64,000 nucleotides of DNA, taken from the IMG/VR virus record IMGVR_UViG_3300036766_001014, positions 16,841 through 80,840 of that record, one strand, 5' to 3'. A program made the position numbers and the translations under genes. Shown here one piece after another: positions 1 to 9,335 of this stretch. Each line of letters starts with the position of its first letter. Position 1 is the first letter of the stretch. Under the pieces are notes generated by a model. It did not search any database. It was given only the letters and a program-made list of their open reading frames with translations, and was not told the origin of the DNA. Source of the DNA: a virus.

Positions 1-2
1 AA

Positions 3-107
3 CCGGCCAGCATGTTCGGTTTGCGCAAGATGGCGGACGGCCTGATTCGCAATCAGGCCCAGTGCAAGCCGTGCCGCAATCGGCTCGTGAAGGCGACCGG
101 TGGCTGA
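3..107 (+). CDS. partial hypothetical protein (3' end, CxxC)
   Basis: Frame open from the window edge to TGA at 107; overlaps the next start. Confidence 0.4.
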   Translation, partial: PASMFGLRKMADGLIRNQAQCKPCRNRLVKATGG

Positions 108-456
108 CCGCCGGATTGACTGGCGAGCATTCCTTGATCGACTGAAGTTCTGCTACGGATGCGGACGATTCGGGCTGCCCACCGGCAACCGTGTGCCCGC
201 AAACTGGAAGGTGCTTTATCAGCCGCATCAGGATGCGCCGCCAGCTCTCCTCGTCTGCTCGTCGGCATGTTCCGAGGAGGTTCGGGGCGCAATCGCAAAG
301 GGACCGGTACGACAGCCGCTGCGCGTCGCGACCGACGTCATGATGCCAGCCGAGCTACGCGAGACCATGATCTCGGAGGCAATGCAGCATGCTATCGACT
401 CCGGGCGAGCCGATGACTTGTTTCTGGCCGCGCTGGATGATGACGACGAGGGGTAA
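100..456 (+). CDS. hypothetical protein with Zn-binding motifs
   Basis: CYGC and VCSSAC motifs; acidic C-terminus. Confidence 0.65.
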   Translation: MADRRIDWRAFLDRLKFCYGCGRFGLPTGNRVPANWKVLYQPHQDAPPALLVCSSACSEEVRGAIAKGPVRQPLRVATDVMMPAELRETMISEAMQHAIDSGRADDLFLAALDDDDEG

Positions 457-488
457 GCGGTGGCACTATGCCGCCAGGGAGACCAGGA

Positions 489-1184
489 ATGTCCGAGGCC
501 GAAATTCATCAACTGACGAGCACGGGGTCGCCGCCAATCGCAACGATCCCCACGCGAGAGCGCCTGGGCGTATTGATGGCCAGGTATCGCACGGCCGCGG
601 GCATGACCTCGGCCGATCTGGCCGAGCGCCTGGGCGTGTCCGAGGCCATCGTGCTCGACGTCGAACGGCATCAGCTCACCATGTCGGCCGGGATGCTCCA
701 GTCGGCGGCGGCGGCAATGGGCGTCCGGTACGAGCCGCTGCTCGACGCCGCGCGAGACTGGCATCGGGCCGTGTGGGCAGAGAACGGACGGGCGCAAGGG
801 GTGCAGCTGGAGTCTATGACGACCTCGACGCGGCCCCTCGGCGCCCGCGAGCGCGAGCTGGAGAACGCGCTGGAGCTGGAGCTGATTCAGTGCTCGGACG
901 AGTTGGTGTTCTTGGGCAATGTGCTGCGCGAGGCATCCATCAAGGCCGAGGCCGCAGCCGTGCGCTCGCGCGAACTACTGGCCGCCCGTGGCGTCGAAGT
1001 GCCGGGCGTCGAACCGCTGGACGGTCCCACCGAGGTCGTGTGTGATGGGCCTCGGCACGGCGTGACCGCGCGCCACATGGTGCGAGGCCGTGACTTGGTG
1101 ATCGTCTACCAGAGCGACGGCGGCGGCGACCGGAACTATTTCTGCTCTCATCGGTGCGGCCAGGAATGGGCGAACAGCCGATGA
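489..1184 (+). CDS. XRE-family HTH protein with C-terminal TRASH/YHS-like motif
   Basis: RTAAGMTSADLAERLGVS...VE helix-turn-helix; coiled coil; YFCSHRC. Confidence 0.75.
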   Translation: MSEAEIHQLTSTGSPPIATIPTRERLGVLMARYRTAAGMTSADLAERLGVSEAIVLDVERHQLTMSAGMLQSAAAAMGVRYEPLLDAARDWHRAVWAENGRAQGVQLESMTTSTRPLGARERELENALELELIQCSDELVFLGNVLREASIKAEAAAVRSRELLAARGVEVPGVEPLDGPTEVVCDGPRHGVTARHMVRGRDLVIVYQSDGGGDRNYFCSHRCGQEWANSR

Positions 1185-1537
1185 CGCAGCCGCAGTCGTG
1201 GTCGTTTCGAGCCCGGTACGGAAGCTCTGAGTCCAAGGGCACGCTGTACGTGTCCGGCACGGATCACGGTGGCTACCGCACGCGGTTCGTCGCCGACGGC
1301 AAAGCGGCCCTGGACGCCGAGTACGAGGTGGCGACGTTCGCGGATAAAGATGGCGCTGAGGTCGGCCTGCCAGATCCGGACAGCGCCGTCTCTCGCCAGC
1401 TCGGCCCGGTGACTCGGCTCGTCTTGCAGGCCGCCGCCGGGTCCGACTCATTCGAGCTGTTGCGTCGCCTGCCGTGCACGGGTGATATGATTCGTTCAGT
1501 GGTGGTTTCGGTTGCGGTCGGTCCAAGGATGGCGTGA
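1181..1537 (+). CDS. hypothetical protein
   Basis: ATGA overlap with the upstream stop; operon-like packing. Confidence 0.65.
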   Translation: MTQPQSWSFRARYGSSESKGTLYVSGTDHGGYRTRFVADGKAALDAEYEVATFADKDGAEVGLPDPDSAVSRQLGPVTRLVLQAAAGSDSFELLRRLPCTGDMIRSVVVSVAVGPRMA

Positions 1538-1971
1538 CGATGACTCTTGCAGCCAGACTCAGCGAGGCCGCCGCGGTGACCAAGTACGTGGGGCTCATGC
1601 TGAACGTAGACAGCGTCAAGCGCTTGCGTGACTGGTGGGTCCAGGCGACTTCCCAGCCGCTGCTGCCAGTCGAGCGGCCCGACTTGCACGTGACGCTGCT
1701 GTACGATCCGACGCCGGACCAGATTGCCGGGTTCGAGATCAACGAGCGAATTTCCGTTCGAGTCATCGGGTGGGCGTCAAGCGACCGCATTCAGGCTGTT
1801 GTGGTGTCTGGGGTCGATGTCCCCGCCGGTCGCGTGGCACATGTCACGCTCGCCACGGCGCCGGGTGTCAAGGCGCAGCACGCGAGCGAGCTGATCAAGG
1901 CCGGTTACACGCGCGTCAGCGGCCCGACGCTGAATGGCACCGTAAATGTCATGCGTGCGCGGCCTCGCTGA
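1534..1971 (+). CDS. 2H phosphoesterase (cyclic phosphodiesterase; Acb1/Trl1-CPD-like)
   Basis: Two HxT motifs, DLHVTLLY and AHVTLATAPGVK. Confidence 0.8.
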   Translation: MTMTLAARLSEAAAVTKYVGLMLNVDSVKRLRDWWVQATSQPLLPVERPDLHVTLLYDPTPDQIAGFEINERISVRVIGWASSDRIQAVVVSGVDVPAGRVAHVTLATAPGVKAQHASELIKAGYTRVSGPTLNGTVNVMRARPR

Positions 1972-2386
1972 TGCTATCGTGCCATCTGTGATAGCCGAGG
2001 ATCTCCAGCTCGCGATTGACCCATTCGAGCTACCGCGCCAGGTGCTCGAATGGTTGGCCCTCGTTGAGCGCGAGGGCGGCGCCGACAAGGGCACGCTGAG
2101 CAAGCTCCTGTTCAGCCTGGAGGCGTTCATCGAGCGCGTCGGGCCGGAGCTGCGGAAAGAGGCGGAGAAGGGCGACCCTGGCTGGTGGCCCGCCGTGCAC
2201 GAGGCCGAGAGGCTCATCCCGATTGGCCGCAGGCTCGGGCTGACCGACGTGAAGACGGAGCCCCCCGTCTACCGGGGCCGCTTCCTCCCAAAGCTGTTCA
2301 CCGAGCTGCTTTCTCGAATCAAGTCGATGACTGACAGCGCGTCGCTCCGCACGGCCGCGGCCGACGCCATGGAGCTATCTCCGTGA
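1946..2386 (+). CDS. hypothetical protein
   Basis: ORF tiles between neighbours; GC-rich third codon positions. Confidence 0.6.
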   Translation: MSCVRGLADAIVPSVIAEDLQLAIDPFELPRQVLEWLALVEREGGADKGTLSKLLFSLEAFIERVGPELRKEAEKGDPGWWPAVHEAERLIPIGRRLGLTDVKTEPPVYRGRFLPKLFTELLSRIKSMTDSASLRTAAADAMELSP

Positions 2387-2775
2387 CCGCATACATCTAC
2401 GCGGGGACCGTTGCGAGGGTCATCGACGGGGACACCGTGGTCATGAACTTGGTTCGGGAGGTCGAGGTCAACGCCGACCTCGGCTTCAAGCTCTACCTCG
2501 ACAAGCTTCCGCTGCGCACGCAACAGACGCTGCGCATCATCGGGATCAACGCGCCTGAGACCCGTGGCGTTCCAGACCTCGAACCTGGCAAGGCCGCGAA
2601 GGCTGCGCTCGAACAGGTCCTGGGCATGGGCCCGATCACTGTCGAAACGATCAAGCCCGACAAGTACGGTTCGCGCTACGACGCTCGCATCACAGTGCAG
2701 GCGCCAGACGGGCCACTGGATGTCGGGGCGTGGCTTATCGAGCACGGATACGCGCGGCCCTACCTCGTCGGGTAA
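2383..2775 (+). CDS. thermonuclease (SNase-like) family nuclease
   Basis: VIDGDT, LRIIGINAPE, DKYG.RY, LIEHGYA motifs. Confidence 0.9.
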   Translation: MTAYIYAGTVARVIDGDTVVMNLVREVEVNADLGFKLYLDKLPLRTQQTLRIIGINAPETRGVPDLEPGKAAKAALEQVLGMGPITVETIKPDKYGSRYDARITVQAPDGPLDVGAWLIEHGYARPYLVG

Positions 2776-2807
2776 GGCGCCGGGCAGTTCGCCTGCCGGA
2801 GGTTGTC

Positions 2808-3107
2808 ATGCCCAGGTATCCGAAGCCGTCGGTCAGACGCATGGTGGACGCAATTCGCGAGCTGACCGCCCTCGGTTCGGATGAGCTGTCAGAGGTGATC
2901 GGCACGGTCACTTTTGACGCCGAGAGCATCCTCCGGCGCATCGTCACCCGCGCCGTCGAGCGCGGCGTCGAGCTTCAGCGGTCCGCCTGGCTGCTCGACA
3001 ACGACGACGCGAACACGCCGCTGCGCCCGCCGCCGATGTCTGACGCCCCGAGCCAGGGCTCGACGGAACCCATTACCCGTAAAACACGGATGCCTCCGAA
3101 GCCATGA
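2808..3107 (+). CDS. hypothetical protein
   Basis: GGAGG RBS upstream of ATG 2808. Confidence 0.6.
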   Translation: MPRYPKPSVRRMVDAIRELTALGSDELSEVIGTVTFDAESILRRIVTRAVERGVELQRSAWLLDNDDANTPLRPPPMSDAPSQGSTEPITRKTRMPPKP

Positions 3108-3150
3108 CGAAGAATTTGCCTGCGCGCGCCGTTCGCGTGACACTGCGGCC

Positions 3151-4095
3151 ATGCGCACGCGGACCCAAGCCACCAGCGGCCAGATGACCAGGGCTACACT
3201 CGTCGAGGCCGCCAGAGAGGCGGGCGCCGATCCGTTTCGGGTCTCTCGGGCCCTGACAGAGGCGAAAGGCAACCCGATCGAGGTGCTGAAGGCTGCTGTA
3301 ACGGCGGCCAGTTCGTTCATGACAGTCGGTCACGAGCTGAAGAAGGCCGGACTGAAATACACCTTCGGCACAGAGCCTGTACCGGCATACATGGTCACCA
3401 TCGGCGGCAAGCGCTACGGCATCGTGAATCGCAAGTATGCCGATGAGTACGACGCCCTGGTCGGCGACATTGCGCTTGGCAAGCTGACGGAGGCGAGCGG
3501 CGAGCGCGCCGAGTCGGCCTTGAGCGGCATGACTCGCGCCCGAGCCGAGACGTTCTTGCGGAAGCTGCTCTCCGAGGGGACCTCCGGAATCAAGCGGGAC
3601 AACGGATGGAGCGCCATCAACGCCATCTTCGATCGCCTGCATCGCGCTGGCATCTCGATCGAAAATCTAAAGGCCGAGTATTACAAGGTCCCGAACTCAT
3701 CAAACTTGAATGACGGCAAGCGGTGGCGCTTCGAGATCCCGTTCGCCAAGGGTGGTTGGCACGTTACCATCACGGCGTCGTTCGCGGGCTCCGCGAAGGA
3801 TCCGTCAGATGCCTACGACATCACCGTCAATCTCGACTACTCAGCGTCGATTCGCAGTGCGCAGGAGGCGAGCGGCGAGGGTGTCGAGGACGGTATCGTC
3901 GAGGACGCTAGCCACCTCCTGCACGCGCTCAGCAATGCCTCGGCTGGGTGGCACAACGTCGCCCAGCTCAGCGCCAGCTACCGTGGCCGCATGACCAGCT
4001 ATGACTGGGACGCCGCCGCCAAGACGCTTGAGCGACAGGGCAAGGCCCAGCTCCGCAAGAAAGACGGCGTCACGCAGCTGCGGATGGCCGACTAG
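3151..4095 (+). CDS. multidomain hypothetical protein, possible internal head protein
   Basis: Several small domains separated by LVE/LTE/LSE/IVE sites. Confidence 0.6.
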   Translation: MRTRTQATSGQMTRATLVEAAREAGADPFRVSRALTEAKGNPIEVLKAAVTAASSFMTVGHELKKAGLKYTFGTEPVPAYMVTIGGKRYGIVNRKYADEYDALVGDIALGKLTEASGERAESALSGMTRARAETFLRKLLSEGTSGIKRDNGWSAINAIFDRLHRAGISIENLKAEYYKVPNSSNLNDGKRWRFEIPFAKGGWHVTITASFAGSAKDPSDAYDITVNLDYSASIRSAQEASGEGVEDGIVEDASHLLHALSNASAGWHNVAQLSASYRGRMTSYDWDAAAKTLERQGKAQLRKKDGVTQLRMAD

Positions 4096-4733
4096 CCCCG
4101 CTCGCCGCGAGCGATCTTCCCGATCTTCTTGAGCGCCATCCGCTTCTCCAGCCGACTCACGCGGTCGAGCATGATCATGCCATCGAGGTGGTCAATCTCG
4201 TGCTGGACGATCCGGGCTGGCCAGCCGTCCAGCGGTCGCGCCTGCGCGTGACCTTTCAGGTCCTCGAAGACCACTGTGATGCGCTCGGACCGGGTCAGCG
4301 CCACCTTGGCCCCCGGCATGGACAAGCATGCCTCGGTCATCCGGATGAATCCGGACTCAGCTTCCACGCGAGGGTTCACCAGCACTTCGGCGGCCCCGCG
4401 CTTCTCGCCCCAGTCAGCCACGATCAACCGGCGCATGTCGCCGACCTGTGGAGCGGCCAGCCCAACGCCGCCGCACAAATACATCGTGAACAACATGTTC
4501 GTTGCCAGTGATTCCAGCTCGGAGTCGAACTCGGTGACGGCGACGCACTTCTGCTTGAGCCGAGCATCCGGGTGGAAGACAAGCGAGATCGCATGGCCGC
4601 TCCGGTAGCGCTCAGGAATGCGCTCTCGCGCCAGCTCGGCGACTCGATCGCGAGATGCCTGGAGCTGTTTGTCGGCCTCGACGACTCGTCGCCTCTCCTC
4701 CAGCTTCATCGCCTGGATGGGATCGATAGGCAT
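4092..4733 (-). CDS. def: peptide deformylase
   Basis: GVGLAAPQVG, EACLS, QHEIDHLDG motifs. Confidence 0.95.
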   Translation of the reverse strand: MPIDPIQAMKLEERRRVVEADKQLQASRDRVAELARERIPERYRSGHAISLVFHPDARLKQKCVAVTEFDSELESLATNMLFTMYLCGGVGLAAPQVGDMRRLIVADWGEKRGAAEVLVNPRVEAESGFIRMTEACLSMPGAKVALTRSERITVVFEDLKGHAQARPLDGWPARIVQHEIDHLDGMIMLDRVSRLEKRMALKKIGKIARGERG

Positions 4734-5068
4734 CAGTGCATCCTCGTGATGACCGAGTCGTTGCCGACCATTTCGGTGAGAGCATGCATCTGCTCCTCGG
4801 TCGCGCGGCGCAAGCGCATGAAGCGAATGCTCTGCGGTATGATGATCGCTTTCTGAATCCCGGCGTCTTCCAGCAGGCGTGACAAGCCTTGAAGGATGTT
4901 GCCCTGTTGGGCCGACGTCACGCCTTCGAGGTCAACCTGGACCACGGTGATCTCTCCGACCGTGCCCCTGACCCAGACCTCTGGGTCGGTCCCAGGGAGC
5001 AGCTCTCCGCCGCTCTCGCGCAGAGAAACAATCTCGTACCATTCGTCTGTCAGGTTCTTGTTGTCCAT
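4733..5068 (-). CDS. hypothetical protein
   Basis: Stop/start overlap with def. Confidence 0.6.
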   Translation of the reverse strand: MDNKNLTDEWYEIVSLRESGGELLPGTDPEVWVRGTVGEITVVQVDLEGVTSAQQGNILQGLSRLLEDAGIQKAIIIPQSIRFMRLRRATEEQMHALTEMVGNDSVITRMH

Positions 5069-5082
5069 GGCCGCCAACTGTA

Positions 5083-5562
5083 TCAGAGGGTCCGCAAGTC
5101 GCCGATAGATGGCGGGGTTGGTTCGAGTGATCGACGCAGGCTTTTGTTCAGCCGATTGCGTGTGCGACTAGAGCCGATGACCAGTAGGCCGTCCTCCGTC
5201 GGCGGCGCGGCATCCGGCCCCTCCCATGGGCCAGAGTGCGAGTAAGCGAGACAAAATTGCTTGGCCTCCTCGGCCGTGTAAACCAGGTTGTTGCGGTAGT
5301 CGATTCTGCCAAGTGCGTAGAAGACGACTCGCGTGCCACGGAAGCCGGACGACGGATCGAACACGTCGTTGCCGCGCTCCAGCCAGGCATGGCCGTACTC
5401 GATGCGCGGATGGCAGCGCAGTGTCGGTCGGCCGTGCACAACATTCCAGAGCGCGCGCTCTTTGGCCGGGATGGGCGACGACGGCAGAATCAGAGCGCTG
5501 ATCACGTCGTGGTAGCAGGTCCCGGTCAGGAGCGCGTCGGCGGGGATGGTTTTGGTGGCCAC
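5083..5562 (-). CDS. hypothetical protein, possible transglutaminase/papain-like Cys-His fold
   Basis: GTG at 5562 lies 6 nt after a promoter -10 (leaderless); TCYH...VVHG...GHAWLE pattern. Confidence 0.6.
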   Translation of the reverse strand: MATKTIPADALLTGTCYHDVISALILPSSPIPAKERALWNVVHGRPTLRCHPRIEYGHAWLERGNDVFDPSSGFRGTRVVFYALGRIDYRNNLVYTAEEAKQFCLAYSHSGPWEGPDAAPPTEDGLLVIGSSRTRNRLNKSLRRSLEPTPPSIGDLRTL

Positions 5563-5568
5563 GTCCCG

Positions 5569-5597
5569 AACATGAGGAGGTTGACAGAGTTTGTCAA
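5569..5597 (-). promoter_or_regulatory. sigma70-like promoter TTGACA-N17-CATGTT
   Basis: Minus strand CTTGACAAAC...CATGTT, then GTG 6 nt later; divergent from the 5625 promoter. Confidence 0.7.
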
Positions 5598-5624
5598 GAG
5601 CCGTTACGCCCAAAAACACCCCGC

Positions 5625-5653
5625 TTGACAAACCGTCCCAATAACACCATATT
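5625..5653 (+). promoter_or_regulatory. sigma70-like promoter TTGACA-N17-CATATT
   Basis: CTTGACAAAC motif; GGAAGGA RBS before ATG 5674. Confidence 0.75.
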
Positions 5654-5673
5654 GGTGTCGGAAGGAATCCCCA

Positions 5674-5862
5674 ATGAGCTACGACTGGAGAAAGGACCCC
5701 GCTGCCTACCACGAATGGGAGCGCCGCAATCGCGGCTTGATCATCGTCCCGGCCGTGCCGATTGAAACCGACTACGAAAAGGCGCACCGATACGAGCCCG
5801 CCCTGTGGGACATCGACGCCAACATCGGTCCCGCGACGAACGGCCCCGCGAGGAGCAACTGA
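5674..5862 (+). CDS. small hypothetical early protein
   Basis: Promoter and RBS upstream. Confidence 0.65.
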   Translation: MSYDWRKDPAAYHEWERRNRGLIIVPAVPIETDYEKAHRYEPALWDIDANIGPATNGPARSN

Positions 5863-5864
5863 CC

Positions 5865-6083
5865 ATGGATTACCCGGCATACATCGAGTGGGACGGCCGT
5901 CGGCGGCCGTGCACGACGGTGATGGACTTCGCGGGGCATAGGACCGGCGATGTCCTGGAGGCCGATGGCTGGGAGCCACGGTGGTACTTCGCTGGCAAGA
6001 CGGTGTTTCACCTGTCCAGGTTGGACGGTCTATTTTATCCGGCAACGCACTACGAGCGAGCGCCGGGATGGAGGAAGTCATGA
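5865..6083 (+). CDS. small hypothetical protein
   Basis: GAGGAG upstream; tight packing. Confidence 0.6.
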   Translation: MDYPAYIEWDGRRRPCTTVMDFAGHRTGDVLEADGWEPRWYFAGKTVFHLSRLDGLFYPATHYERAPGWRKS

Positions 6084-6370
6084 GTGGGTACACATATTGT
6101 GCGTGCAGGGACTGTATGGAAATCGCCATCGGCGAATCTGGCAAGGCGATGTGCCACGCCTGCGAGGACGCGGGTTGCGAGACCAACGAAGGCGAGTGCC
6201 TCGCTGACGGCGCCTACGGCGGCGACGAGTCCGAGGATGAGCCCGAGGAGGAGGATCATCCCGCCTGTCCTCTCGACGGCGGAGAGGGCATGCCGCTTGG
6301 GGGACTCGGCAATCTGATGCACTACCGCTGCCGAGCTTGCGGCATGAACTTCTCTCGCGAAAAGGAGTAG
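6080..6370 (+). CDS. small Cys-rich acidic protein
   Basis: Multiple CxxC motifs; GGAGG RBS; ATGA overlap. Confidence 0.65.
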   Translation: MSGYTYCACRDCMEIAIGESGKAMCHACEDAGCETNEGECLADGAYGGDESEDEPEEEDHPACPLDGGEGMPLGGLGNLMHYRCRACGMNFSREKE

Positions 6371-6404
6371 CGGCAGCCAGGTTGCCGGAGCGGTCGCTGG
6401 CTGC

Positions 6405-6433
6405 TTGACAAACGATTACGGCGCTATTATCTT
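6405..6433 (+). promoter_or_regulatory. sigma70-like promoter TTGACA-N17-TATCTT
   Basis: CTTGACAAAC motif; GGAAGGAG RBS follows. Confidence 0.75.
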
Positions 6434-6455
6434 GGTTCTTGGAAGGAGAGAAGCC

Positions 6456-7181
6456 ATGACCTCGGTTCGCACAGAGTCTGACGCGGTTGCCTGCCTGTCG
6501 GCCCTTGGGGTCGCGCTGGGCGCGTTGAACGTGGAGACCGCGGCCGATGGCGGCTCGGTGGTTGTCGAGTCGTTTTCATGCGGCCGCTGCGGCGGCGCCG
6601 GGCACCTTGGGCGCGGGCTTTACGATGTCCCCTGGGGCATCTGCTATCGGTGCGGCAACGGCCCCAAGTGCCGTGGCATCAGCCGCACGCCCCTGATCGA
6701 GTACGCTCGCAAGGCCAAGGCAACCGCCGCTCGGCGCGCGAGCGTGGCAGCCAAGCGGGAAGCCAAGGCCAATGCCCGCGTCGAACGTCGCCTCGAAGGC
6801 GAGCGAACCTGGTGTGAGGCCAACGGGTACGGTCGGGTGACCTTTGCTGAGCGCGACGCCAAGCGGGCCGCTGAGCGAGCTGCCGCGGACGCCAACAGGG
6901 GCCACGTGGGCGTGGTGGGCGAACGCTCGATGTTCACGGCCACTATCAAGGCCATCCCGAGCTGGGACGGCGCCTATGGCAGGACCTACCTGGTCATCAT
7001 GGAGGATGCCGCCGGTAACTCCCTGGTCTGGAAGACGTCCAGCCCTGGCGAGGCCGAAGTCGGCGCGACGCTGACATTCAAAGCGACCGTCAAGGAACAC
7101 GGCGACTACAAGGGCGTCGCCAGGACCATGGTTACTCGGGTCAAGCCCGAGGCCGCCGTCACGGAAAGGATTGCTGCCTAA
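6456..7181 (+). CDS. Zn-finger plus OB-fold-like protein
   Basis: CGRCGGAG...CYRCG; C-terminal beta-rich GHVG...FKATVKEH...T.VTRV. Confidence 0.7.
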   Translation: MTSVRTESDAVACLSALGVALGALNVETAADGGSVVVESFSCGRCGGAGHLGRGLYDVPWGICYRCGNGPKCRGISRTPLIEYARKAKATAARRASVAAKREAKANARVERRLEGERTWCEANGYGRVTFAERDAKRAAERAAADANRGHVGVVGERSMFTATIKAIPSWDGAYGRTYLVIMEDAAGNSLVWKTSSPGEAEVGATLTFKATVKEHGDYKGVARTMVTRVKPEAAVTERIAA

Positions 7182-7411
7182 TGGAAGCGGAGATCATTGT
7201 TGAGGTCGAGCGCGTGTGCTGCGGGGCACACAACTCCAGGCTCGGGACCGCGCGCATCACAAGTGGCGAGCCCTACGTGCTCAGGCACTTCGAGGGAACC
7301 GACCTGTCGAGCCTGACCACGGCGCTGGCCGAGACCGGCCATGCGTTTCGAGTCGTAACCGTCAATCGCTTCGTCTCGTTTTTGGAGTGGTACGAAAGCG
7401 GGGTGGACTGA
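7181..7411 (+). CDS. hypothetical protein
   Basis: TAATG overlap. Confidence 0.55.
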   Translation: MEAEIIVEVERVCCGAHNSRLGTARITSGEPYVLRHFEGTDLSSLTTALAETGHAFRVVTVNRFVSFLEWYESGVD

Positions 7412-7914
7412 TGTTCGTTTCCTCTGGTCGTGGTGGGTACACCAGGTCTGGTGAGCAGCGCGCAAGCGGGCGCTTCCTGATGCTGTTCTGCGTCAAGCCA
7501 GGCGGCGAGCTGCGTGTGCTCGTGCGGCACGTCCGGATGCGCCAGTGCGGCCACTGGATGATGGCCAACGTCACGGTCAAGTCCGCGGGCGCGCGCGAGG
7601 CGGCCGAGCCTGAGCCCGCGTACAAGTCGAGCTACTGGCGACGTCGAGTGTTCGACGGCCGGTTCGAGATCGGCCTGTCCGGAACCTATGGCTGCGACGG
7701 CTTGCCGATCAGCGCCGACGACTACCCAGGTCTCTGGGATCAGCTGCATCCCGTACCGGCCGAGCTGACCGAGGCGTGCTGGAAGGGCGGCGGACACAAC
7801 AGCGCGGGCTCCGAGGGCCCGGCCATGTTCGAGTGGGCGAAGCTGAACGCCCGCACGCTCAGCAAACTTGTTTCTGTCAGAGCTGCGGATGTCGCAGCGT
7901 CTACGGAGAGATGA
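7411..7914 (+). CDS. hypothetical protein
   Basis: TGATG overlap. Confidence 0.65.
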   Translation: MFVSSGRGGYTRSGEQRASGRFLMLFCVKPGGELRVLVRHVRMRQCGHWMMANVTVKSAGAREAAEPEPAYKSSYWRRRVFDGRFEIGLSGTYGCDGLPISADDYPGLWDQLHPVPAELTEACWKGGGHNSAGSEGPAMFEWAKLNARTLSKLVSVRAADVAASTER

Positions 7915-7942
7915 TCATGAAACACGCACTGGAGAAGAAGTC

Positions 7943-9280
7943 ATGAAGCACGTCCTACCGATTTCAACGAGTTACGTGTCGTCCTGGGGGATCTGGGAAG
8001 CCGTCCGAGAGCTGATTCAGAATGCAGCCGACGAGGCTCAGGAGCGGCCCGAGCATGTGATGACCGTCGAGCACGTGGACGGCTGGCTCCACATCGCGAA
8101 CAAGGGCGCTGACCTCGGCATCCAGGCGCTGCTGATCGGCGGCTCCGACAAGGCTGGCAAGCGCGGCCTGCGCGGCCAGCACGGTGAGGGCCTGGATCTG
8201 GCGCTGCTGTGTGCCGCGCGCGCCGGTGTCGAGGTCCGAGTCTCGACCAAGACCGATGTCTGGACGCCGTGCGCTGAGTACGCCGAGCAGTACGGCGCGC
8301 GATGCCTGGTGGTCAACACGCGCAAGCACGTCAAACCGCGCGATGGCGTCAAAATCTCGATACACATCGACAAGGACTCATGGGAGTCGATGCGGTCGAA
8401 GTTCTTGTTCCTCGACCCGCCCAAGGAGCAGATCGAGTCGGACAGCGGAACGCTGATCCTCGACGCCAACCGCAAGGGCATGATCTACGTCAAGGGCATC
8501 TACGTGATGACCGGACACAACACCTCCTTCGGCTTCGACCTGCGCGACGTCACGCTGGACCGCGACAGGCGCGTGATCGGCAGCTTCGACCTCCAGTGGG
8601 CATGCTCGCGGATCATCCAGAACGCGCTCTCGCGCAACCCGGACACTTACACCGAGCCGGTGATGAATCTGCTCGAACAGGGCTCGGACGACGTTCGGTT
8701 CCTGCATAGCCACCTGGAGACGGGCGGCGAAGCGCGCAAGAGCCTCGCCAAGGCGTTCCGAGCCAGGCATGGCGAGGACGCGATGGCCGTGCAGTCGCTT
8801 GCCGAGAGCCAGCAGCTGGCGCACTTCGGCGTGAAGGGCGTCGTGGTCAACGAGGCAACGGCCAACGTGCTGGCCTCGGAGTTGGGGAGCTACAGCGATG
8901 CCGCGGCCAGGTTGCGGCAGCGTCCGACCGCGCTCTACGGATGGGACGATTTGACCGACGCCGAGAAGGCCGTCTACGAGGACGGCGTGAGGCGCATGGC
9001 GCCGGTGGCTGGCGAACACATGGCCGAGGCGTGCAAGCTCAAGGTTTGCGACTTCGCCGACAAGTCGATCGAGGGCACGTGCGACCTGGCTACCAGCGAG
9101 ATCCATGTATCTCGTCGCTGCATGGGCAACGTATTCGACCTGGTCGAGGTCATGGTGCACGAGCTGGCTCATGCCGTGAGCAGCGCTAACGACGGGACCG
9201 TGGGTCACATCCGGGCCATCGAGCGCATCTGGCGCAAGCTCTACGAGCACGCTTCCGCGCCAAAGACTGAGCCGGGGTGA
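7943..9280 (+). CDS. GHKL (HATPase_c) ATPase fused to a C-terminal zincin-like metallopeptidase
   Basis: EAVRELIQNAAD, GQHGEGL; C-terminal HELAH (HExxH). Confidence 0.8.
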   Translation: MKHVLPISTSYVSSWGIWEAVRELIQNAADEAQERPEHVMTVEHVDGWLHIANKGADLGIQALLIGGSDKAGKRGLRGQHGEGLDLALLCAARAGVEVRVSTKTDVWTPCAEYAEQYGARCLVVNTRKHVKPRDGVKISIHIDKDSWESMRSKFLFLDPPKEQIESDSGTLILDANRKGMIYVKGIYVMTGHNTSFGFDLRDVTLDRDRRVIGSFDLQWACSRIIQNALSRNPDTYTEPVMNLLEQGSDDVRFLHSHLETGGEARKSLAKAFRARHGEDAMAVQSLAESQQLAHFGVKGVVVNEATANVLASELGSYSDAAARLRQRPTALYGWDDLTDAEKAVYEDGVRRMAPVAGEHMAEACKLKVCDFADKSIEGTCDLATSEIHVSRRCMGNVFDLVEVMVHELAHAVSSANDGTVGHIRAIERIWRKLYEHASAPKTEPG

Positions 9281-9297
9281 GGCGCGTTGACGGTCTC

Positions 9298-9326
9298 TTG
9301 ACAAACCGAAAACAACACACCATATT
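9298..9326 (+). promoter_or_regulatory. sigma70-like promoter TTGACA-N17-CATATT (leaderless)
   Basis: ATG 9 nt after the -10; no RBS. Confidence 0.75.
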
Positions 9327-9335
9327 GCGTGTCGT

